Part shown: one piece after another, positions 24,149 through 36,500 of the stretch
Position numbering within the stretch: the first letter of the stretch is position 1
How the letters are laid out: each line of letters starts with the position of its first letter
Assembly: GCF_028641065.1 (NCBI RefSeq)
Contig: NC_073386.1
Coordinates: forward strand, 11,656,001 to 11,720,000
Direction: 5' to 3'
From: Leucoraja erinacea
Lineage: Eukaryota
DNA: 64,000 bases
Notes under the pieces: model-generated
Databases searched by the model: none
The model's input: the letters and a program-made list of their open reading frames with translations, nothing else
What the model was told of the DNA's origin: nothing
Position numbers and translations under genes: made by a program

Positions 24149-27100
24149 TCATGATACTATGTCACCACATGAATCCAAGACATCAATAAATGGGGACCAA
24201 CTCCTTAAGAATAGGTCTTGTTTGTCTATTAGGAAGAGTCTCATTTCTTCGAAATGTGCTGTGTCCAGCATATTACTGATCCACATTTTAAATGTTGGTA
24301 TATTGGCATTTTTCCAAAATTTAAGTATAAGTTTTTTTTGCTGTTATTAACCCATAATTGAAAAATGAGTTTTGCTGTGTATTTAATTTGTTCCCATCTC
24401 CACTTACTCCAAATATAATCATTTCAGTGTTAGGTTCCATTTTTGTCTTAAATAGCTTTGAGAATATATCAAATATATCACACCAAAATTTATAAAGTTT
24501 TGAACAAGAGACAAATGAGTGCGTAATATTGGCATTTTGAGAAAGACATTTGTCACAAATGGGAGAAATATTTGGATAAAATTTATTCAACCTAGTTTTT
24601 GAATAATATAATCTATGTAATATTTTAAATTGAATTAAGTTATGTCTAGCATTGATCGAACATTTATGTATATGTATCAAATATTATTCCCATGTTTCTT
24701 TTGAGATTTTTATCATTAATTATTTTTCCCAGTCTTCTCTAATTGCCTCTGGTGATAGTAATTCTATATTTAAAATACTGTTATACAAGTATGATATTAA
24801 TTTTGTTGACTCCGCATTGATATTCATTATTTCTTCCAGTGGGTCTAAAATTATACTTTGGAATCTTGGTATATATTTCTTCATAAAGTCACATACCTGT
24901 AGGTATTTAAAATATTGATTGTTATTCAATTTAAATTTTGATTTTAGTTGTTGAAATGATAATAAATTTCCCAATTCATACAAATCACCTACCTTTTTAA
25001 TTCCCACTTTTTCCCATTGTTTATATGTTTTATCCATACCAGATGGTTTAAATACTGGGTTATTCATTATTGGTGTTAACACTGATAAATTTCTTAATTT
25101 TAAAGTTAATTTTATTTGTTTCCAGATTCGTATTGTATTTTGTATAATTGGATTCTTCTTATATAACATATTATTCAGCTTTATTGGGGGGAAAATGATC
25201 GCTCCTAGATCGTAGGGGGCGCAATCCTCTTTCTCCATTCTTAACCATTCCAACTGTTGAGCAGAACTGTCCAACCAATAAATTATATTTTTAATATGTA
25301 CTGCCCAATAATAGTATAAAAAATTAGGTAATGCAAACCCCCCCACCTCTTTGGGTTTGCACAAGTGATTTCTTTTAATTCTATGTGCTTTATAATCCCA
25401 AATAAAATTAAAAATATATTCGAGTCTAATTTTTTTTTTAAAGTGTTTTGGTATATATATCGGTATAGATTGGAATAAATATATTATTTGTGGTAGCGCT
25501 ATCATTTTTATAGCGTTTATTCTGCCGATTAGTGACAGTGGGAGCGTTCTCCAAAATGTAATCAGTGAATCAAATGTATTTAATAATGGTATAAAATTAG
25601 CATTAAATAATGATTTATATCTTCTAGTAACTTGAATACCCAAATACTTAAATTTTTCCGTTGCGATTTTAAATGGAAATTTTAATAGGTGATTCGCTTT
25701 CTGGGGTTTTAATGACATAATTTCACTTTTATTCCAATTTATTCTATAACCAGAGAAAGAGCCAAATTCCTCTATTAGATTTAATAAATTTGGGATGCTC
25801 GTTTGGGAGTTTGTAATATATAAAAGTATATCATCTGCATATAGTGATATTTTATTAATAGTATCCTTAGTATTATATCCCTGAATATCCGGATGCTTTC
25901 ATATCCTTTCAGCAAGCGGCTCTATCATAAGTGCAAATAGCAGGGGTGATAAAACACAGCCCTGCCTATTGCCCCTCGATAATTAAAATTTTGAAGATAA
26001 TATATTATTAGTTAGTATTCTTGCCATTGGTTTATCATATAGTAATTTAACCCATCTGATAAAATTCTCTCCCATCTTAAATTTTTGGAGTACTTTGTAT
26101 AAATACTGCCATTCTACCTGATCAAATGCTTTCTCTGCATCCAGAGATATAACTGAAAAGTCTTCCTTTTCCGTATTGTATGAATACATTATATTAAAAA
26201 TCCGTCTCAAATTGTTAGATGATTGTCTTTTAGGTATAAACCCCGTTTGGTCCGGATTTATCAATTTATTAATGTATTTACTCAACCTTCTTGCTAAAGT
26301 TCTTGCTAAAATTTTCTGATCTGTATTTAGGAGTGATATGGCTCTATATGAGCCCGGTTCTTCTAAGTCCTTATCTTTTTTAGGTATTAACGTAATTGTG
26401 GATTCAGCTAATGTTTCTGGTAATTTATTTTCGGTAAAGGCATATTTATATTACTTAAATAACCGTGGTACCATTAACTCCTGGAAACCTTTATAGAATT
26501 CATTATTAAATCCATCTGGTCCTGGCATTTTCCCATTTTTCAGCTCTTTTATTGTTTCACTTATTTCTTCCCTTGTGATCTGTGCTCCTAATTCCTCTTG
26601 TTCCAAAATATCCAATTTTGGCAGATTACAATTATCTAAAAAATCTACAATTATATTGTCTTCTATTTTAGTTTTAGACGTATACAAGTTTTGATAAAAT
26701 TGGGAAAACCTTTTATTAATATCCTGGGGTAACGTTAATAGTTCCCCATTCTCTGATTTGATTTTAGTAATCGTCTTTTCGTTCTCCTGTTTCTTCAATT
26801 GTCTAGTCAGACGTTTATGTGGTTTATCACCAAATTCAAACTGTGCCTGTTTTGTGATCTGAAATAATCTTATTACTCTTGCCGATAATATTCGATTAAG
26901 TTTAAATGTCAATAATGTGATCTTATTATGTTTATCTATAGTTGGGTCTTTTGCGTTATCTAATTCTAATATTTTAATTTCCTTTTCTAAAGTCTCTTGT
27001 TCTATGGAGTTCTTTTTATTTTGGTAACTTTGATATGAGATTATAACTCCACATATAAATGCCTTAAAAGTTTCCCATAATAAAGATGGTGAAATGCCTG

Positions 27101-27962
27101 GTGTCTCATTTGTATCAAAAAATAATTTCATTTGTTGTTTTAAATACTCATAACCTTGTGGATTATTAATTAACTGTGTATTAAAACGCCAAAACGATTT
27201 TATACCTGGTGTTCCCTCTAGTTTTAAAGTAAAGGTCAATGGTGAGTGATCAGAAATAATACTATTGTGATATTTAGGGTTAATCGTATAAGGAATTAAT
27301 TTTGTGTCCACTAAAAAATAATCAATTCTCGAATAAGTTTTATGTACCGCTGAGTAAAATGAGTATTCCCTTCCGTAGGGTTGACTATTCTCCATACGTA
27401 TGTTATATTAGTGTTTTTTATATATATATGTTTAAAAATTCACTAGTTTTAGATTTAACCTTACTCTTCCTTACTTTTATTGATTTATCTAAATATGTAT
27501 CTATAACACAATTAAAACCCCCCCCCTAATATTACATTTTGGTAATTATACTCATCTATTATATCCGTAATTTTCTTAAAAAATTGGGGGTTATCAAAAT
27601 TTGGTGCATAAATATTTATCAGTCAGTGGTGTAGAATAAATTTCTCCTGCCACTATAGTGTACGTACCTTCCTTATCAGATATAGTGTTCTTTGATATAA
27701 ATGGTATACCTTTCCGAATAATAATAGCCGTACCTCTAGCTTTAGAAGTAAATGACGAATAATAAGTTTGGCTTATCCGATTTGCTTTTAGTCTCATCTG
27801 TGTATGTAATTTAACATGCGTTTCTTGTAAAAACGCAATATCCACCTTTAAAGATTTTAATTGAGCCATAATCTTACCCCTTTTAATTGGATCGTTCGCA
27901 CCCCTAAATTTCCAACTACAAAATGTGATTCCTACATTCCTTTTTCCCCTAATGTCTTGCAT
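24149..27962 (-). pseudogene. L1 ORF2 (AP endonuclease + reverse transcriptase + C-terminal Cys-rich domain), frameshifted
   Basis: DIAFLQETH, YSRIDYFL, ISDHSP, PGPDGF, DQTGFIPKR, SLDAEKAFD, ISLYADD (about 25830-25850), CDKC...THSFVSC. Confidence 0.93.
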
Positions 27963-28647
27963 TCTTAATTAGTTTTGCTAGTTTTAATTCATGTGGTGTG
28001 GTTAAATACCTTGAGGTTTTGGGTGTGGGGTAACCGTCCCCTATTAACGTTATTTTACATCTCCTCCGTCTATTGAACCTCCATAGGAAGAAAAAAGAAG
28101 TGCGTTGAAAAATACATAGAAAAAACAGAATACAATTATTAAGTAAACCATATAACAGTGAATTATAATTTAAAAAAAAGAGTGATTTTAAGGTATCAAA
28201 AATGGAATACCTTAAATTCTCGTTGCCACCTAAGGTGGCCTGAATATTATTGACTTCCGCCGTTGGAATTGTACATTGAGCTCAGCCCCCAAATTAAGCT
28301 GTCCTAGACAATATCATGCCATTTCCCCTTAATATAGCCAAAAATCTTAACCTACATAGAAAAAAAAATGTAACCAGTCAAGCCAAAAAATAACAACCAA
28401 AATTTCATCATAAAAAATTATCATCATCATTACTTTTCCACGTAATCTCTTAAATACCCAAACTTTAAACCTTCTATAATTCTTATTCCTTACTTACAAT
28501 CATGAAATCATAAGACATAAGGACAGGCCTTGTCCTTATACTCAGAGATGCACCTAATTACCAGCCTGTTCCAAGTGTTAATTTTCCTTATCTTAATAGT
28601 AACCATCTTCCCGTCGGAACCTTTGGAACTATTCCAAATCCTTAACA

Positions 28648-28674
28648 CCCCCCCCCCCCCCCCCCCCCCCCCCC
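28648..28674. repeat. Poly-C tract (poly-G on the L1 sense strand) in the L1 inter-ORF spacer
   Basis: Directly visible. Confidence 0.9.
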
Positions 28675-29073
28675 TTTACTACCCTTTACTACAGGTTATA
28701 GTATTATAATCTTCTTATACCTATTTCCATTAGTTATTGAGTATTAGAATACATCCAGGATATATTTCCTTACATTTCATCTATTGGAATTATTTAACTG
28801 TTAGTAATTTAAGAAGCTTCATATAATTAGTTGGTTCTTTACTATTTAATCTTCATTATAAAAGTTAAAGCTTTAAATTCAGTCCATAATATCCGTTCTG
28901 CTGTTTTTCTTCAGCCTGTCATTTTTTCTTCAGTTGCTTATCTTCTAACTTTTCGTTCAAGGTGAAATCTGCACTCTGTCATCGAAAACACATTCCATTG
29001 AGATAAGGCTGTCTGGTTAGTGTCTGAAGCAGGTCTGCCATCTTAATTGTAGTACAGATTTTTATTGAAAGTT

Positions 29074-30182
29074 TTAATCATCATCCTTCTCAATTTTCTG
29101 TACAATCTCTTGTCCGTACTTAAGTGCCTTCTCCGGATCCCTGAATGAACGTTGAGTTGTTTTGTAAGAAATAAACATCTTAGCCAGATAGACCACGCCG
29201 TATATTATCCCTCATTGTCCTTGCAAAGTGTTGCTTGCTTTTTTGAATTGATTCCTTTTCTCCATTACTTCGCTAGGGTAGTCCCTATAGAATCTCACGG
29301 ACTCTCCCTCGAATATAAGCCTCTCACCGTGTGGCATCATCTTCAGGAGTTTTTCCGGGGTTGAAATATCTAAGAACTTTGCAATAATTTGTCTTGGGGG
29401 AGCATTTGTTTCTCTTCGGGGAGGACCGACTCTGTGAGCCACATCAATCCTCACATTCTCCTTCAGCTTAAAGACCTCTTTGATTATTTTGGAGACAAGC
29501 TCCGGCATATCAATTCCTTGCTCTCTTCCCTCCTTTACTCCTACAATCCTTAAGTTCAGTCTTCTTGACCTCGCCTCCAAATCTTGACATTTGTCCGTCA
29601 ATTTAATCAATTGCTCCCGATTATCACTTTGTTCCTTTTTCAGAATCGATATTTCACGAGCCATCTCCTTCATTTCAGTTGTAATCTCTTCTGTTACGGT
29701 GTCAGACTGTTTCATCTCTACAATCAACATATCAAATTTATTTTTATGATCACTTTCTAGTCTTTCAAATTCCAGTGCTGTTCTCTGATCAGTCACTGAG
29801 TTTCTGCTTCAAAAGTATACATTTCCCTTGATTCTTCTCGAGCAGCATCAATTTTCTTGGATAAATTAACTTCCAGTTTACAGAGATTGTTCTCCAGTGT
29901 AGTATTAATACTGGCAAACATTTCAGAGAAGTCTTTAGTAAGATCTTTAGTAAGATTAGCTCTTACCGTTTGTTCCAGCTGTTTCAGCTCCTTCTCCTTT
30001 TCTTTGGTCTCTCCTCTTGTAGCCATTTCAAATACTGCTTGTTGAGGAATGGACTCTTCTTCTGAGCTTTCCGTTGTTTGATATGAAACAGACTTTGTTG
30101 ATTGAAGAGCTTCCAAATCTTCTTGAACCTGCAGTCTGATAGTGGTTTTCCTGGGTCCTCGTGTGAGTTTTCCTTTTCTCAT
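29074..30182 (-). pseudogene. L1 ORF1 (coiled coil + RRM, Transposase_22-like), two frameshifts
   Basis: DLEARSRRLNLRIVGVKEG, IDVAHRVG, PRQIIAKF, RFYRDYPSEV; a shifted frame continues to ...KIEKDDD* at 29074. Confidence 0.9.
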
Positions 30183-30994
30183 CTAAAGGTCCCGTTAAAC
30201 TCCGATTTTGAGTCCAGCAGACGCCATCTGGGCTTTTCCAGATGGGCTCTGATGAAGGGAGGAGAGCGAGAGGGAAGGAGGGAAGAGGGTTTCAGGTGCC
30301 TGCCTCCTGCTACTCTTGGCTCAAGCTTCACTCTCCAGATCAAAAACCTATTCCCATTCTACCATAGCAACTGAGTATCTGACTGCTTTGGAAATTGAGC
30401 CACTTACAGTAAAACCAGAGACTGTAAGTGTCATCAGTGAGCTTAAAATGCAATCTGCCTGCGAAAAGAATTTCTGCTTGTCCCTTGCTCCACTATGGTT
30501 AACTTTGTGAGTTGGGCTCGTTTTCAGTGATACCTTTGACATATTTACCTGGTTTTGATGCCACACCTCCAACCAGGATCCTAAACTCAACTCAGAAGGA
30601 TTCAAACTTTTCCTCCATTTTGAAACACACATTTAATTAATGTACATGACCGATGAAGAGCCTGTAGATATCTAAACAATTCCTCTGGAGATTTTAGTTT
30701 GAATACCACAAAACAAACACTCTCACAAAACAAAGTGAAAATTGTTGACCTTGACATGCTTTCACAATTAGAATTATCTCCAAAAATAGTGGCGCATGTG
30801 GGAACCATGATAACTTGTCTGGAGTCAAGGGGGAACGATTTGCATGGGCACATGACAGGCATAATATCACGCCTATAAACAGCACTATTACACCTTGTAA
30901 AGAATGTCATTTTGGACGTGTGGGCTTCAACGTGATCTTTCTTGTGCAGCAGTCTTTAAGCAGTGATTATCAACAGAGACCATTGCTGGAAGTA

Positions 30995-31290
30995 GTTTAG
31001 TTTAGTTTAGAGATACAGCGCTGAAACAGGCCCTTCGGCCCACTGAGTCAGCACTGACCAGCGATCCCCGCACATTAACACTATCCTACACACACTAGGG
31101 ACAATTTTACATTTATACATTGATACCAAGTTAATTGGAGTATGGGAGGATACCAAAGATCTCGGGGAAATATTCACGCAGGTCACGGGGAGAACGTACA
31201 AACTCCGTACAGACAGCACCCATAGTCAGGATCAAACCCGCGTCTCTGGTACTGTAAGGCAGTAGCTCTACCGCTGTGCTACCATGCCGC
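30995..31290 (-). mobile_element. HE1-like SINE
   Basis: Reverse-complement copy with (tttag)n tail. Confidence 0.85.
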
Positions 31291-31334
31291 CCAGTGGGAG
31301 GATTTTGTTGACTAATGGTAATGGTTGTGGCCAT

Positions 31335-31920
31335 AAAACATAGTAAATATAGAAACAGAAAATAAGTGCAGGAGTAGACCATTTGGCCCTTTGAATCAGC
31401 ACAGCTGTCATCCAAAATCAGTGCCCCGTTCCCTCTTTCTCCCCATATCCCTTGATTCCATTAACCCAAAAAGCTATATCCAACTCTCTCTTGAATACAT
31501 CCAGTGAATAAGCGAGTTCGGTATTCCGAAAAACGCAAGGAATCATGGGATTTGTCAAAGGTCACTCACTATAAAGAAAAAGCGAACAAAGCACGGACCG
31601 ACGGGACAGGGATGGGATACCCGGGAGGGGACGGGGATGGCCCAGCAGCAATTCAACAGCGCCCACTGCGCCAAAGACTCGGGCCCGACACCGACACCGA
31701 CCACGGACGAAACACAGGCCTACACACAACGCAGCACCACAGCAGCCGAGAACGTTTATAACAAGTGACCAATGACCTGGGCATGTGCAGCCGGAATACC
31801 AAACTCGCTTATTGGCCTCCACTGCCCTTTGTGGCAGAGAATTCCACTGATTCGCAACTCTCCTGGTGAAAACGTTTTTTCTCATCTCAATCCTAAATGA
31901 CCTACCCCTTATTCTTAAGT
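31335..31920 (-). mobile_element. CR1/HER1 3' fragment split by a MITE
   Basis: catagaaac tail and ccagtgaat|attggcctccactgcc continuity across the insert. Confidence 0.8.
31510..31810. mobile_element. 301-bp MITE with 19-bp TIRs
   Basis: aagcgagttcggtattccg (31510-31528) and cggaataccaaactcgctt (31792-31810), one mismatch; flanked by AT on both sides. Confidence 0.88.
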
Positions 31921-32924
31921 AGAGTACCCGTTATTCTTAGTACAGTACAGCACAGTGTCTTAAGTACCCCTTATTCTTAGTACGGTACAGCACAGGAACA
32001 GATCCTTCAGCTCACAATGTCTGTGCTGAACATGAAGTAATGTTAAATTAATCTTCTCTGTCTGCATGTGACCCATATCCATCCTGCCCCTGCACTTCCA
32101 TGTGTCTATCGTGGTTTGAAAGTAATTGGCCAGATATTAAACCTGCACCTTCAAAGTGCTGAGAAATCTTGTGCAATGGATTATGCAGGAAAATTTGGCT
32201 TCAGCAAATGCTGCAAATTGATTTTGCTTCTATTCTACTCTCACTGACAACTAGAACACATTAATCAACTACAGTGTAGTCTAAAGCATCCAAGATACAG
32301 CCGGCAACTTTCTTTGGCACAACCATGAGCATCAAGTGTTCATATCTCAACTCGCATTCCACAAACATTCCCTCACCTTCGACATCAACCAACAGACTCT
32401 TGCAATTTCCTTTCCCCAACTCTCATATGTCTTGGCCAGATTAAAAATCCTACCGCCACTGCACATGGAAATGTAAAATATAATTGAATCCATTCCCACT
32501 TTGAATGCTATTTTACTAATGGCATTTATGATCAAATGTTATTACATATTCTCAAATTAAATTCAGAGTTCATATTAGTTCCCGCTTGCAGCGTGTTCCA
32601 AACCCTCACCACTCTCTGTGAAATCACCCTAGACATCTCCTTTAAACTTTATCCCTCTCACTTCAAAACTACGCCCTCTAGTATTTCACATTTCCATCCA
32701 GGTTACTACCGTCTATCTAGCAATCAAGGGATATGGGGAAAAAGCAGGAACGGTGTACTGATTTTAGATGATCAGCCATAATCATATTGAATAGCAGTGT
32801 TGGCTCGAAGGGCCGAAAGGCCTACTCCTGCACCTATTTTTCTATGTTTCGTTGCTGCTCATAATTTTATATATTTCTACCAGGTCACAATCATTGTTTA
32901 GTCACAATCACTGATCACAGCATT

Positions 32925-33045
32925 TTTGATTCCAGGTTATTTAATTAACTGAAGTTAAATTCCCCAACTGCCAAGGTGGGATTTGATATTCTCTCCAGCG
33001 TCATTTGTCAATGTCTCAAGATTGGTAACAAAACCACTCAGCATC
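32925..33045 (-). mobile_element. Old tRNA-derived SINE head fragment
   Basis: Reverse complement gives a B-box-like atcaaatcccaccttggcagttggggaatttaac, resembling a chondrichthyan SINE head recalled from memory. Confidence 0.4.
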
Positions 33046-33304
33046 CTTTCTCGCATATTGAACATACATCTCCTTGTAAATTACTTCTCCTCTGCCATTT
33101 CGTTCCTTTCTCCCTAATGAAGTTGCACAGTCATTTTTCGCACTAACTCACCTTTCATTTATTTATTAGTTTATGTATACACCGGTTGCTTCATTTTGTA
33201 CTTTTTGATTTAGTACAAGTATTTAGCCCAAGCACTTAACATTGATTGTTTGAAGGTGATCAACTCCTCTTATGATGAATTTCTGTTCAACTCTGGTAGC
33301 CAAT

Positions 33305-33573
33305 TAGTTTAGTTTAGTTTAGAGATACAGTGTGGAAACAGGCCCTTCAGCCCACCATGTCTGCATCGATCAGCGATCACCCGTACACCAGTTCTATCCG
33401 ACAAACTAGGAATAATTTACAGAAGCCAATTAATTTACAAATCTGCATCTTTGGAGTGTAGGGGGAAACCAGAGCAAACAGAGAAAACCCGCAGTTACAG
33501 GGAGAACGTACAAACTCCGTACAGACAGCACCCTTGGCACTGGCAACTCTAGCACTGCACCACTCTGCTGCCC
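33305..33573 (-). mobile_element. HE1-like SINE with an internal deletion
   Basis: Reverse-complement copy. Confidence 0.8.
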
Positions 33574-34119
33574 TTACCACTGTGCCAATGTGCGGCCCTC
33601 GTGTAAATCACGTGTACTTTTAATGAGCCGCACATGACTAGAACAGTCGTAAGTATCTTCATGAATGGGGTCTGAGATTCATTCATGTTATGATTGGTGT
33701 GACTAGTCTTGTAAAGGAGGGTGTGGGAGAATATTATATCCACTTAGTGCTCTGTGGCCATAAGATAAGTGAACAATGTTACTGTTAAAGATTGTATAGA
33801 AGGGAGTCTGCTTTTGGAACTGTAATTAAGCAGATTCCTTGTTTTCAAGCCTTTATATCAGAGGGTCCAGTTACACTCTTACTGTCATTACACTCTCTGT
33901 ACTCTACTGGGGGTTGATATTCTGATGGGATTACACCTGCTCCAACCTGCCCTCTGTCTCATGACCTTCATGTCACACATTAATGTGGACAGCGCACGAA
34001 TGTATCAGGTCCAGTTTCCTCTAAATGATTTCTTTGTGTAATCGAATCTGGTTTCAGCGCTTTTACGTACAGTTTTTGCATGTAAATGCTAATGGATCCT
34101 ATTTCTCAGCACATATGCA

Positions 34120-34780
34120 GGGGTGGAAGATTGCAACCTTCACGTGGTCCGCCCTGTTTCGACTAATGAAATCAACTCTTTTTGAGGCAGTGATTGAGGC
34201 AGTGCAGCGTAGGTTCATGAGATTGATCCCTGTGGATGGCGGGACTGTCATATGAGGAAAGAATGAAAAGACTAGGCTTGTATTCACTGGAGTTTAGAAG
34301 GATGAGGGGAATTTTTAGAAACATATAAAATTATAAAAGGACTGGACAAGCTAGATGCAGGAAAAATGTTCCCAATGTTGGGCGAGTCCAGAACCAGGGG
34401 CCACAGTCTTAGAATAAAGGGGAGGTCATTTAAGACTGAGGTGAGAAAAAACTTTTTCACCCAGAGAGTTGTGAATTTATGGAATTCCCTGCACAGAGGG
34501 CAGTGGAGGCCAAATCACTGGATGGGTTTAAGAGAGAGTTAGATAGAGCTCTAGGGGCTAGTGGAGTCAAGGGAAATGGGGAGAAGGCAGGCACGGGTTA
34601 TTGATAGGGGACGATAAGCCATGATCACAATGAATGGCAGTGCTGGCTCGAAGGGCTGAATGGCCTCCTCCTGCACCTATTTTCTATGTTCTACGTAACT
34701 CAATGTGCACAAACGGAAGTTCAAATAGAACAAGTTGTCCAACAACTTTAGGCTGTGCATGCCACACGAAAGAAGAAGAA
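34120..34780 (+). mobile_element. (GAA)n-tailed short retroposon interrupted by a CR1 3' fragment (about 34180-34696)
   Basis: Outer TSD agcacatatgca; inner CR1 flanked by aactc. Confidence 0.85.
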
Positions 34781-36309
34781 GCACATATGCACTGCTGATT
34801 GACAAATCATTCTCCTGAATATTACTCAGTGTAATTATGACTTAGTGGCAGAGTCAAGCACCCCCCAAAACAGGCCCATCAGCTCACCATGCTCATAACA
34901 AGCATTATGTAGCCTTTGTGACTTCCCTAACTTCAAATAACCCATGTTTTCTCTCGTTCACCATCCCTCCCCCTCCTCAGTTCTCCAACCAGTCTGACTG
35001 TCCCCCATATTCCATTTTATCTCTGTTTGCTTTGTTGTCACCCTCCCCTAGCTAACAATGATCTATTCCACATGTTTCTTGATCTCCATTTATTTTGATG
35101 TCTCATTTTCATACCTTACCCTTCCATATCTCTGTGTCTCCTGTTCCCCTGACTCTCAGTGTGAAGAAGGGTCTCAACCCAAAATGTCACCCATTCCTCT
35201 ATACAGAGATGCTGCCTGTCCCGCTGAGTTACTCCAGCATTTTATCTTTTATGTAGCCTTTGATTAATTGATTGAAAGATGCAGTGTGGAGACAGGCCCT
35301 TCGACCCACTGAGTCGATGCCTACCATCGATCATCCATTCCCAATAGTTCTGTGTTAGCCCACAATTTTATGCATCCATTCTGTACACATTTGGGGTAAT
35401 TTGCAGAGGACAACATCCTTTACAAACCCACACGTCTTTTGGATGTGGGAGCAAACAAGAGCTCCCAGAGAAAAGGTGCAAACTCCACACGCAAAGTCGT
35501 TGAACTGGATCTCTGGTGCTGTGAGTCAGCAACTTCACCAGCTGGACCACTGTGTCACCCACCTACAATGATCCCAGGTCTGTAGTCTACTAAGCCTTGG
35601 TGGCTCAAGTGCTCATGTTGTCTCATCTTAAACATGTGATAGTCAAGGTATAAGGAATAGTAGAATTAGGCCCTTCCGCCCATCAAGTCTACTCCACCAT
35701 TCACAGATACAAGATACATTTAATTGTCATTTGGACCCCTTGAGGTCCAAACGAAATGCCGTTTCTGCAGCCATACATTACAAACAAATAGACGCAAGAC
35801 ACAACATAATTTACATAAACATCCATCACATTGCTGTGATGGAAGGCCAAATAAACTTATCTCTCCACTGCACTCTCCCCTGCACAATCATGGCAGATCT
35901 ATCTCTCCCTCCAAATCCCATTCTCCTGCCTTCTCCCCATAACTTCCTGACACCCGTACTAATCAAGAATCTATCTCTGTCTTAAAAATATCCACTGACT
36001 TGGCCTCCATAGCCTTCTGTGGCAAATAATTCCACAGATTCATCACCCTCTGACTGATAGTGTCAGGCAGTGTGTTCCAGATTCCAGTCACTCTCTGGAG
36101 GAAAAAAAATAATCTTCAGATCCTCTCTAAATATTTTAATGCTCACAAAATCTGGGCATGAAACCCAGGCTTGGGTACCTCTACCATTGGGAAAACATTG
36201 CATAACCCTTCTTCATCTCTCTATTTACCTGTGCTGTCATCCACATGTACACCAAGGTTGCTTTGTTACTGAATATTCTTTCGGACACACCAGTCATGGT
36301 GTATGTCCA

Positions 36310-36500
36310 GGAAGGAACTGTAGATGCTGGTTTACACGGAAGATAGACACAAAATTCTGGAGTAACTCACCTGGACAGGCAGCATCTTTGGAGAGAAGCA
36401 TTGGGTGATGTTTCGGGTCGAGACGTTTCTTCAGACAGTATCTTCTCTCCAGAGATACTGCCTATCCCGCTCAGCTATTCCAGCATTTTGTGTCAATCTA
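36310..36500. mobile_element. Inverted pair of Penelope-derived terminal fragments
   Basis: gatagacacaaaattctggagtaactca... faces ...cgctcagctattccagcattttgtgtcaatc. Confidence 0.75.

Larger units (their letters stand above)
23838..30230 (-). mobile_element. Near full-length L1-clade LINE, about 6.4 kb, decayed
   Basis: 5' AGATGGCG start, ORF1, 1.1-kb spacer, APE-RT ORF2, 3' UTR with AATAAA and an A-tail; no TSD found. Confidence 0.93.

Noticed and set aside
30348-30910. Overlapping minus-strand ORFs upstream of the L1
   Set aside because: No domain motifs or splice structure; lengths are compatible with chance.
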